From Auanema rhodensis (Eukaryota; Animalia; Nematoda): a stretch of DNA of 64,000 bases. Shown here one piece after another: positions 41,301 to 64,000 of the stretch. The DNA lies in contig OZ059896.1 in assembly GCA_964057225.1 (NCBI GenBank), positions 7,750,001 through 7,814,000 of the forward strand, read 5' to 3'. The notes beneath the pieces are model-generated. The model did not search any database. It worked only from the letters and a program-made list of their open reading frames with translations, and had not been told where the DNA came from. The translations under genes were made by a program, and so were the position numbers. How positions within the stretch are numbered: position 1 is the first letter of the stretch; each line of letters begins with the position of its first letter.

Positions 41301-44300
41301 ATAATATATATTACTATTACTTTTATTTATTATAAATTAAACTAATTATTAAAATAAATTACTAAAATCATTATATATTTAATATAGTGAAAGAGACTAT
41401 TCGAGATTTGCATTTTTCATATTCTCGAAAAAGAAATTTCCGTTTATCCATCAAAATTAAAATTTTATTCGTACCCATACATGGAAACATATGAGATAAT
41501 TGAGATGAAGCTAACAATCTGTTGAACGGCATTCATGGCGTCCTATTTCTCATGTGTTGATGCATTGTTGAAAAGAAAGAGAGAGAGAGAGTCTGTCAGC
41601 TGATTTATTCCCAATAAGGAGAGAAAGCCAACATTGAAAATCGGAAATATCATCATTAGTTTGCCAAAAATTCCTAAAGATTATGCTATTTTTTGTTTTT
41701 TTTCATTTGGAATATTGTTATACCTATTATTTTGATTATTATCATTATTATTATTTAAATATAATAGTTAAAACCTTGACATAACCATGCCCTTATAGTT
41801 TCATCTCTTAGGTTTTCTCAATCATGTTTCAATGTATATTGGTTTCTGACTGTATTATACTAGTGGTTAAGGCTAATATGAAAGTAGAGGAACATGAATA
41901 GAGAAAGAGACAGGCAGAAGACTCGATTGAAAAAGAAAAGGCAAACGATAGAGAGGGTACAACATCAGCATCACCTCTTCTCTTATAGTATAGACTGTGG
42001 ATGCCAAAGAGAAAGAGGTAGATGCATACATATAATGAGAGAGAAAGAGAGAGAAAAAAGAAATTGAGATAGAAAGGAAAGGGCACAATATTGAAAGAGA
42101 GGTAGAGAGAAAAAGAGGCGCCGATATATGAATGCTGTTTCGTGATGCTGGTGCTGGTGACCGAAACGTCAAAGAGGAAAAGAAATAGAAAAAGGCAGTT
42201 AGAGAGGAAAAACTGAGTGGGAAAGCGAGGAAGTGAGAGAGCAACGCATGAAGAAACGATGAGAAGAGAAGAGAGAACCGAGGCTGGTAGAGGCTGGTTG
42301 ATGACTGCTATCGATTGAATTTTTCGATCCAATTGGCCAAGTCACTATTTCTTGGCTGGCAGCCAGAAATGAGAAGCTATCAGCTCAAAAGTGCCGACAG
42401 TAGAGTGAAGATGAAACTGCTGGACATCGTCTAATTCACACCTGAAACTGTTAGCTGCTACCATATGGTATGATTGTGGTGTTAATGATTTGAATCACGT
42501 GGATTGCTATTTAATCAGCTAATTCTAATGATTTCAACATTCTGGAAATATTTTAATAATTTCTAATTGATATTCATACAGTAATGAATGTATGTAAGAG
42601 ATATTATTAATCTATAAACTCCTCAAGCTAAATGAACGATATGATTAGTTGCCAATTACAATATCATCTTTGAATCACAATCAATTTTCTAATTTCGACA
42701 AATAAAAGAATTATCAGATGTTATTTAGCTGAAAGAAACTTTTTTGTTTTATTTGTATTTCAGTCCCTCACCTTTAATTCCTCCAAAACCGTATCAAAAC
42801 CTGCGCTTTCATATGTTTGTTCTTCAATGGACATACAATCGTTACGACCCATTTTTGCGCGAAAATTGTCAACTGGGAGGCCAATCCGATATATGGACAT
42901 TAAGTGACCTCTCATTTTCTCCTGTTTTTTGGATAAGAAAATGAGAATATACAAAGAATATGATGGTAAGCTGCATAGAGAAGGTATAGAGAGAGAGAAG
43001 TTGAGAAAATAGAAAGAAAGTGAAAAAAAATAAACATAATAGAAAAAGAAAGAAAAAAAGAAAGAAAGAGAGAAAGACGGAAGAAAAGAGAAAAAATAAA
43101 GAAGAGTAGGTAAAGCAAAAGAAAAAGAAAGAGGAAAGAAAGAAGGAAGAGTGATAGGAAAGGAAACATTTTGCAGGACTACTTCTCGATTGCATGTGAT
43201 CATCTGTTACTGAGGCTAAATGATCATGCCCTCTCTTCTTTTTTTTTTCAAAAATTTCGGTGAAATCTAGAACGTTGTTCAATATTACATATGTCACATC
43301 ATACCAATTGATGTTATTGTTTAGCTATTTCATGGCATCATTCATGGTAATTTTGTCGTCTTCAATATCATCTGTTGTAACATGAGCGATAAGCATTTGT
43401 AAGTGTTGGTCATCTTTTGCAAAGCTGATATGATTGCCAACAATCGCACTTTTCCTTCATTTTCCAATATTATAATTGAGTTGATGATAATTAATATTCA
43501 TATATAGATTAATATAAATCTTTTTAACCTTTTTATCAAAACTTCTGTGTTATTTTTATTTCGTTTATTAGTTCTTTTTACTTTTTTTTTGATCTCATAT
43601 ATACATATTTTCACTCAATTCTTCTTTCTTTTTTATTTTTCTCTTTAACTTCTTTTATTTCCTCTTTCCTTTTTCTTTTCCTCTCATTTCTTGCATACAT
43701 AAATGCCAATCTTTGCTAAGTTTTGCTTATCAGAGATCGGTTGAAAGGGCATCTGGGTCTCAAATACATTGTTATTCGTGTGTCAGATTCCTCAGAATAT
43801 TTGCAACGAATCGATTTCAGTTCAAGCTTCTTGTCGCATCACATGTCCGTTTAAACATCTACATGTTCTGATATTTCAACACCTTTTCTATTTTTTATCA
43901 TCAATTAATTTTGTTGTCACAAAGATAATAAGAATTTGAAGAATTTTTTCCTATTTTTTATCGAATAAATTGAGCTCAAACTATTTTAAAGATTGATGAT
44001 TATACATTTAATTTATTATACTAATTAATATAATAATATAACTTATATATTATTCTTAAATTATAATAATTTATCAATTAACTACACTAATAATAATTAA
44101 GATATAATATATATATATATAACCTATATATTCCCTTTCTACTAAATTTCATTTTTTTTAAACATTTTCAAAGAAATAAGAATGTTAAAAGAAACAAAAA
44201 ATTAAAACTCATGAATTATGATAAAATAGAATACTTAATATAATATAGAAATATATTATATTCACATAATATTGTATAAAACAGCTGTAAACAGTATTCC

Positions 44301-46147
44301 ATCAACTTATCTTTTAACTTTTTTTTGATTATGACTTCTGTGATACAACTTCTGTGATACAACTTGCAACTTATTCTATATAATATTTGCACTAGTCGAA
44401 GTTCTTTCGATATTTCACGAGATATGCTATATGTTATAAGCTATTACATCTTATTTATTATCATTATTTTCTTTTGTTCATTTTATAAATTATTAATTAT
44501 TCTTAAATTATATTATATACATATATAATATAATAATATAGAATATATGTTTATATATCTAAATTATACTAATTATATATGAAGAAATTTTTTTTATTTT
44601 ATTTTATTTTTTTTTAAAAATAAAATAAATTTTTCTATATAATTAGTATAATTAATTTTTAAAATTAAATTATAATATATTATTAGTTTGAGCTTAAATA
44701 ATTTTATATTTTACCTATAACATCATAGCTATACATACATATAGTATATAAACACATACATACATACATACACCAGCAACTAGATAGATAGATGACGTTC
44801 TCGTACTTCTCTTGCGCTTAAAATCAATATTGTCAATATCCACAACTTTTTAATTTTTTTCTTTTTTTATATAAAAAGTTACATTCGTTCGAAATGTTTT
44901 CATTTCACATCCTCATATCTCTATTGGAATTTGTCGATATTTTTCTTTGCAAAGACCTATCACCAAATATCATCAAGATGATCTTTTTTTTCTTTTTTTG
45001 TGACATCCTGAATCATGCTTAGTTCGTTTTAAGATTTTGCCAAATAGCTGAAGAAACAAAATGTGAAAAGAGTTTTTGTATGGACCGCCTCCACACATCT
45101 GTGCCCCATGTTTCACATATTTCGCATGATTTTCATCCAAAAACTTTTCACTATATGGCTTCTAATTTTGGAATTCGATTTTTTTTGGGTGTCATACACA
45201 AGTTCAATAGAAATCATATTATTATGGAAAGCTTTAACTTCAAGCGCATACTATTGCTTTCTGACTTATTCCTTTAATTTTGTCTCTGTCAACTATCTTT
45301 CCTGCCCTTTTTTTTCTCTATCTTTTTCTATCTCTTTCATTTCCTATGTCCCTCTCTATAATACTTTCTGATATTTTCATTCTATTTCTGTTTTTCCCAA
45401 ACTCCTTTCTCTCTTTTTTTTTTCTTTTTTTTTCTCGGTTTCACATGGCATTATTTCTCAATCATTCAACACTTCATCGTACCATTTTCAGCTTTTCCAT
45501 TTTTTTTTCAAATTTTAATACTCGTTCTCTGATATATCTTGTTTATTCATTTGAACTGAAATCAGAACACGTACTTTCAGTTCGACTATAAAAATATTTC
45601 TCATTTATACTTATTCATTCATTTCAATTTTTTTTTTATTCAACGTAATGTCGTATTCCCTCGGCGTTTAATTTTTTTTTATCGATAAACTATAGGTTAC
45701 GAACAAACTTTGTTTACTTATTATGATTTCTATTGAGCTTTTCCAAAGAAATAGTTAATCAAAGTAATATTTCAAGTTCTTCTTAAATATAAAAAAAAGA
45801 ATTAAAGATGATATTGAATGTGAATAGGATAGGAAGAAGCAACTTAAAATCCATACTCTCGCTCTATGTTCCATGCTCTGAAAACACCAAAGATGCATAT
45901 CAACAAATGAGAGCATTGTAATTAATATTTAATTTTCAAATTGTCATTTTTTTGTTCAAATAGCCTTATAATTATCATTTTCTCTATCTTCTATACATTC
46001 ATATAATTATATACTATAAATCTCTTCATTTTGAATATTACTTTCGAAATCAACATGTAGCAGCAATCTTTCTCTTATTTCTTTATCATTTTCTTCTAAT
46101 ATTCATAGTTTAATTTATTTTTTTCTACTCAGTACTAATGGACTAAA

Positions 46148-56766
<10,619 letters not shown>

Positions 56767-58397
56767 TTAATTCTTTCTAAGTTCGCGCTTATTTACGGGT
56801 CTACCTGGTGGCTTTTTTTTATGTTTAAATATATATATATATACATATATATATACAAAAACCTGATTCGGTTTCTAAAACTTGAAAATTATATCGTTTA
56901 ATAATATACTATATTTTTGAATCATTTATATTTTTTACAAGAAAAACATGTAAAGTCATTGTATAGCGTAATAGGATTTGTACGATCTTTTTATTATTTT
57001 ATCACTTAATAGTCCTCACTTTTTTTGTATCTCTCACGACTTGCAGGCATTTTAACTTAACTATCGTTATTTATAGTTTTTTTAAAACAGAATACGCTAA
57101 GCGTTTTTCTTTCATAATGTTTGAATCTTTTACTTCGAACTTTTTAAAATTTGTATTAATTTGCTTTTTTCTTTCATGTTATTGATTTATAACTTCTTAT
57201 TGTAATTAAGCCATTCACTCACATACCAACATATTATTCATATTATGCAACAGCGCTCATTCCCGGTGAGGCTTTGCCTTACGGGTTGCTGATAGAAGAG
57301 CCTTGCTTGAGAAAAAGTTAATCGACTCAAGTTTTTGATACTCTTTATCTTCAATTTTGTACACTTCGAATTATTTTGTACTTTTATAATAAAGAATAAT
57401 AAATTTACAATCGATCATATTCTCTGTTGATGGGTGGAAAAAAAGTTGTAAGCATTTTGAAGGGGAAGTTTTCAGGTGCTGTCAATTCGGAGGCATGTAA
57501 ATTGCGTGGCATCATAAAGACACACGCAAAGTATATATGATGTCATGAATAGATGAAAAGTTATTAATAGAAATGAAAGTATTTAATAAAAGTAAGTTTA
57601 AGATTGGTATTATATTCTATTTTAATATAAAATATTTGCTATAAAAATAATAATTAATACTGTATTAAAAATACAAAATCTATCAAGTAAATTAGTTTTG
57701 ATAACTTTATTATATTAATAAAGAATATGTTACTGATGTTTAGATACATATATACTTTGATCCTAATCTGACATCATCTGTATTTCATCTTGTTTTTCGT
57801 GAGCTATTTTGTTTGTTACAATCGACAATAACTAACCTGCTCAAACAAATAAAGTTTGATATAAGAAAAAAAAACAGAAACGTAGTTGCTTGTATTTGAT
57901 ACAGAATGGAAGTTAAAATCTGATTAGGTACAATTCCAAATGCTTTTGAGGGGGAGATCAATTGAATTTCTTTCGTTAACCTTGTTCAGTTGGATACTAG
58001 TAGCGTCCTGAAAAACTGCTTTAGGATGTAATTAGAGCAATGTTGGTTTGAATGATAGTAAAGCTAGCATACTTTGGGAAAAAAAAGATTTAAAGGTTTA
58101 GAATAGACTGACATATACATTTTCATGTGGTGTAATTAAAAATTTAGAAAATAGAAACAAAGAAATGCAATAATTTTATTTATAGCACCTTGAACTTACA
58201 AGAATATTTTACAATTTGTTTTCCAATTTTAAAAGAAGTTCAACTGAGATTAATCCTAGTTCGTTGTATTTTTATTTCTAAAAATTATTGTTATTATCAG
58301 TAAATACTATCAATTTTATATTAATTTTATCTAGTTTATCTTATAAATCATTCTGTAAGCTTAGGATTTGAAAATATCCTTTTTACACGAAGTCATT

Positions 58398-59549
58398 TTA
58401 GCCACAAGTGGGCCATGGAAATCTATCCCATCCTCTAGCTAGTATTATAGTATATGTCCATAACATCACTACTATGAAATCAAAAAAAGATTTCAAATAT
58501 TTCATTTGTTTTTTATTATTTTAAATTATTGTAAATGATGTGTCATTTCAAATATTATAATTCGAGTACATGTTCTAAAGTTGGAATTTAACGCCTACTC
58601 ACATAGTTATACTTCTCATTCAAAATTCCGTTTTAGGTTTAGTGATGTTTAGCTTTCCATATATTCATACTTAGTTGTGATTTCGTCATCAAGTAATCAA
58701 AAGGATATCATAACTATATGTATTTGTGTATGTATGTATTAATAATAATTTTCTTTATAATATAAGAAAAATTATAGATAAATATGTATATTGCATAATA
58801 AGATATTTATTTATTTATTTATTAATATAATAATAAAATAATATTATTCTAGTTATACCATACATTTTATAAATATAATATACTTTATTTATTTATTTAT
58901 TTCACTATAAATATATACTATGTATCAATTTTATTTTCGTATTAACCTATCGAATACTATTTATTTAAAAAATTGAATGTTCCTATCTACTTAGCTTATA
59001 TACTTCAGAAGCCGGCATAGCTTATAACTCACATACAACATGCATATATGAAATTGGTTCATTCAGCTTTTTCAAGTGGTTCTTGATTTCATTCCTAATT
59101 TTATTTCTTCAATTTCATTGTAAAACCAATACGGATTTATACTTTATTGAACTTACTTGTTATACTTATCTTCATTATCCATATTTATAACTTTTAAAGC
59201 AACTGTTTTTCTTTTATATAACTTCAAATTTTCGATGTATGAACAAACCAAAACCTACATATAGTAAAGTGAATGATGCAAATGACTTAAAGCCAAATGA
59301 GAAACGAGGCTTACAATGCTGATAGCTCATTCCCTCGGGGTCTGAGACCTTGCACAAGTGCACCGGGGTCCAAGGCAATACGAGAAAGGAGACGAACGAA
59401 TACGCTGTATAGCACACGATTAGAAATAGAGAAATGGTGGACAACGCCATCGACGCAATAGGAGTATCATCAATATCATCATGGTCAATGACGTTGTCTT
59501 CGAGTTTCTCCATGCTGAAGGCATCAGCGGAAAAGTACTCTCCAGCCAT
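58398..59549 (-). CDS. Putative small 2-TM membrane protein (122 aa; exons 59549-59255, 58471-58398)
   Basis: MAGEYFSADAFSMEKLEDNVIDHDDIDDTP-TM1-loop with two Cys-SFASFTLLYV|VVMLWTYTIILARGWDRFPWPTCG*. The proposed splice keeps frame and completes TM2. Confidence 0.5.
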
Positions 59550-62500
59550 GAGATGAGCACCACTATTAAAGCACCGATAAAAGGTTTCGTCTCCGTGTGA
59601 AGAGGAGGTAGATTCTCGAAGCAGCAGGCAGAAGCAGCACTATCAGTCTTCATGAATTTCGGCTTTCTGCTTCATGTACATAGTAGATGCATTCGGAATC
59701 GGATGATGACGTCCATACATGCTCAGCTGCATGGTCATTTTCGAACAATTAGCTGTCGTCGTCTGTTCAGTTGCATCAGATTTTCTCATCTCTTTCGACT
59801 ATTCCTTTTCTGTTTATGTGCCTGAATTACATTACTTACAACATGAATTTACATACATTCATGTATATACTATGTGTATTCAATTTAATTTTCATATCAT
59901 AACAGTAATTTACAACAAAACATTGTTAATATCCCAAGTCATGTGACAACTATTTTATTTGGCTATTTCTTTCAGTTTTATTGTACATTTTCTCAAATTT
60001 TTATAAGAATATTTGATCTATTAACTTTAAGCATATATGTAACTATAGACTATATATTTATAATTGCGTAATATATAATATAATAACATATAATGATTTC
60101 ATTCTCAAACTATTTCAAGAGTTTCTGAAGTTCAAAGACTTTTATCGTGACGTCCCAAGAATATTCCTTAATAAATCAAATTAAAAAGAAAAAAATTTTT
60201 TTTTGCAATTTTCGTAATGAATGTTATCGCTCTTATCCATCTTCTTATTTTAAAAACCAAAAATTAAAGATAAACGACGATATTTCCTACAACTTTATCG
60301 CATTTTTTTGTTTTTTTTTGTTGAAGCTTTACGAAAATAATTCACTTATTAACTTCATATTTTCTTCTTTTTTTTTCTTTCAAACTTTATTAATTGATTA
60401 TAATCTTTTTATTAAATTCTTTTCTTTTTTTTTAAATTTTTTCGAAAAACGATCATTTCAGCAAAGCTATTTTCAGTTTTTCTTTTCTTAAAAAAATTTT
60501 TTGAAAAACTTTGTTATTTTTCTAAAATATGTATATACTATATACCCATTTAGTACATAAAATGTTACTCCAAGCGAATTTTTCTGGGACTTTTAGATAT
60601 AAATCCATGAAACTGTAAAGCAAAAACTGATTGATTTTGTCACAAAGTATATTGAAGTATATTCAAATATTACATAACTTGTGTGCATATAAGGAGAAAC
60701 GTATTTGTGTGTTTCAGAAGAGAATTTGGAAAATATAGTTTACGCATGGCTTGGTCTTTTTTGTTATTTTACTTACCTAATATGCACATATCTTCTTATA
60801 CATTTTTAAAAAATTTGTCTTGCAATACATTTTCTTCAATCCTTTTGCTCTACACAGTAGGGCTGAGTTCTTGCTCTTCTCTCATTCAACAGACACCATT
60901 TTGTGTTTGGAACTTCACAGATGAAAGACTTAACGTCCAAACATCAAATTTTCCTGCTTGACCTAATCTGGCAATAGCATGTTCTCGAATCATATGGCAC
61001 AAAGTTGTTAGTTATATAGAAGGAACATCTCATCTATTAGGCAAAATCCTCTACATTTTGAATATTTAAAACTTATTCAAGAGAGAAGCTTTGCCAATAG
61101 CAGAAAATGTACTGAGTACATTTTCAAAAATATTACAACCGATTTTTTCTATCGAAGATATACAATATATTTCTTTTTTTTTTCTTTTCAAATATTCACA
61201 GACTACTTATTTTACATTTAATTCCACTGATCTTTCTATTTCTCATGATATTACTTGGTTTTTTTCTTTTCTAAACTGCATCTATGTGACATTCTATACT
61301 AGATACATTATCTTTTTTCTCTTTGTCCTTTGATGCCATAATGAGGAAAATTAAAGTTTTCTGTTTCAACTTTTTTTTTGTTGTCATTTTCATCTTATAT
61401 TGAATAGTTTATTTATATTTTATATTCATTTGTTGTCTTAAAACCTATATATACTATACGGAATCATCATCATCGTCATCATCATCGTCGTCGTCTTCTG
61501 GAGCCTATATTGAAGAAGGAGACTGTGTGGTTATGTGATGCTGAGCTAGCTAAACCAAAAAAAAATTTAAGCATAGAACACAGCCTTGTTCTATTCTCGT
61601 TTATACCTCTTTTATCTTTGATTTAGCATTCTACTATTGCTATCTTCTGCTTTTATCTAAACTATTTTTAAGTATAAGTGCATTGAAGCTTTTACAAATA
61701 TTCTTCATAATGAGGAACTCAACCTTGTATTGTGCCATACGTTTCAAATATTTTTCGTTTTTGTTACATCTATGATTGTCAAGAGTACATCAGGGGTGAA
61801 AATGTTTATTCGCCGTATGAAGACTTACTCATAGACATCCAAAGCTCACACAGCTTTAATTTGGGTTTTTCCCAATTTATTCCTTAAAATAGAAACAACT
61901 TAAGTATTTCGTTACAAAATTCCGGAATAAGCTATACTCAGATTGATTCCGTATGCCTACCTCACCACCACTTGTCACATTGAATATATGAGTGCTTGAT
62001 CATCGTATGATGAATAAAAGCAAAAAAAATAATTTTGTATGTAATATCTCTTCAAATATCATTCAGAATTTCCGTCATATTATAGAAAACAAATAAAATA
62101 AATATATTTCATTGAATACTTTTTGTTCAAAGAAAATAAGAATGAAATATGATGTTCAATAACTCGTAGCAAAAAAAAATATATTTAATTTCTCATACAT
62201 ATAAGTTATAATATTGTATTTTAATATTATATATGTTTGATTTTTTCATTTTTCATAACTATTTACTTAAGAAATTTAATAATTTTATTAGTTAACCACA
62301 ACAATGATATCAGAATTTAAAAACGTATAGTAGTAGTAGTAGTAGTAGTAAAGAATATATCCAGATATGTATATGTGTATACATTCAGTCACTTTCTTCT
62401 TTCGCATTTTCTTACATTTTCTTTCCATTTTCTTCTTATCCATTCAATAAAGTTTCAAATGAAATTTAGTTCAATATATCGAAGCTTAAAGCAAGTAAAT

Positions 62501-64000
62501 CAAATTCACAAGACCACACATACTGCTTTTACTTCTAAATTTGAACTGAATTGATCTCAATAATGTTTTAATCTTATTGTACTTTCTTTTCACATATAAT
62601 ATTCTTATAATATATGTATATATATATATATATATTTATGTGTGTGTATACGTATGTATGTATACTATTCAAAGAAAATTCACAATCCATCAGTACGTAC
62701 GACATATAGTAAATAAGACTTCTGTGGATGTGGATAAATTTTTGTTCATTTTTAGTATTTTCGGCACACCACATCTCACCCTTACTCTTATCCCTCCCTG
62801 CTTTTCCTTTCCAAACCTCTCTTGTTTCTCTCTTATTCTTCAATCCTATATTCACCTCTTTTACTGCTTCGAAAATTCTTCCTTTTTGATCATCATTTCA
62901 ATGCAGCATCATGTATCTAAACTACTTTTTGACTCTGAAAATGTATTGAATATACTTGAATATTTCATTTGAAATTATAAATTACATGAAAATATGGTAA
63001 AGCTAGCTATTCATATCAACTATCTTCTTTTCTTTATTAATTTAATTGTCATATCTGAATAATTTAAATGTTTATTTCAAATATATTTATTAAAGCAATT
63101 TTATAAAAAAAAAAGAATAAAAAGTCTTAATTTTGTCGACAAATATGGATATCTATTCATATTATCAATTTTGATAATCCTCTTTTAATTTTCATTAATC
63201 TTCAATTAAAGATTTGGGAATTTAGAAAAGTTTTATTAAAATGAAATAATTTAAAAATTTTTTCTTGTCAAACACGTACAACTTTTTCAATTTCTAATTG
63301 TCTTTCTTTTCAACTTGAAATCCCTTAGGGGGTATCACAAAAAATCCGTCTCATACATTTTGAAAGAGAACCGTCTAGTCAAGATACGAAAAAAAAAAGT
63401 TTCTAAGGTCATGTAAGCTAATCTGATCTTTTAAACTCAAGAAAATGGATAAGATGCTTTCCAGCTGGCAATCAACATATTCCTTTAGATTGAGAATCCT
63501 CAGAAATTTATCTGGAGTGAGATTTTGAAATTGAAGACCGAATAGGCAGACATAAGTTCAAATAAAATTATAAATGCAGCTGGAAATCAAGTTCTCTCAT
63601 TTTCAAACTCCTTATCCACAGCTATAGCTTCCGAGATTTATCATATTGTAAACAACTAAAATCAAAAATGTCCATCACGTCAATGTGTATATGAGTTTGT
63701 CTTCTATTATGCCATATATGTACATGCATACATGTTTGTATGTACATGTATATGCAGCAACATGTTGCTTTTAGTAGTTTTACCCCAAATATTTCGAAAC
63801 ATTCAACTAAATTCTCCAAAATATAATCATTCAATTATGGATTGTTTGATGTAATAAAATTCTTATTCTATATATTATTGTTATTATTATATTTTCTTAT
63901 AAATAGTTATTAAAACAATTAGAAATAATATGGATTATTATATTTTTAATATTCATTCAATCAATTATTAAAAAAAAAAAGATTTCATTATGAAATGTTA

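Noticed and set aside
44334-44365. 14-bp tandem repeat acttctgtgataca x2
   Set aside because: Ordinary slippage duplication, not an array.
36000-45600. Many F/L/S-rich ORFs in the ORF track (also 25370-27591 and 49102-50062)
   Set aside because: Products of pyrimidine tracts and microsatellites; no domains or splice-consistent models.
59330-59375. lin-4/miR-125-like words (tccct...ctgagacct...caagtg)
   Set aside because: Not a contiguous mature sequence, no pre-miRNA-length hairpin, and it lies within the putative coding exon.

Overview
AT-rich eukaryotic DNA with short GT-AG introns and TTTCAG-type acceptors, almost certainly from a nematode (it carries nematode cuticle collagens and a nematode-type nuclear receptor). 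Host genes reconstructed by eye: a nuclear hormone receptor (+), a secreted unknown protein (-), a C2H2 zinc-finger gene (-), an unknown MGxxxS protein (+), two near-identical cuticle collagen genes (+), an MFS/GLUT-like sugar transporter (+), a large KAT6/lsy-12-like MYST acetyltransferase (+), and a probable small 2-TM protein with overlapping upstream ORFs (-). The most notable structure is a ~4.6 kb composite block (~13982-18604). It contains a 636-bp near-perfect inverted-repeat pair, a Maverick/Polinton (adintovirus)-type protein-primed PolB fragment and an adenain-type protease fragment. Sandwiched between the two viral-type fragments are a copy of the left flank and an intact copy of the neighbouring collagen gene, which looks like host-gene capture or duplication by a Maverick-like element. 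A second recent rearrangement (505-bp tandem duplication plus an inverted copy spanning the junction) lies at 33.6-35.3 kb. All alignments and gene models were made by eye, so exon coordinates are approximate.
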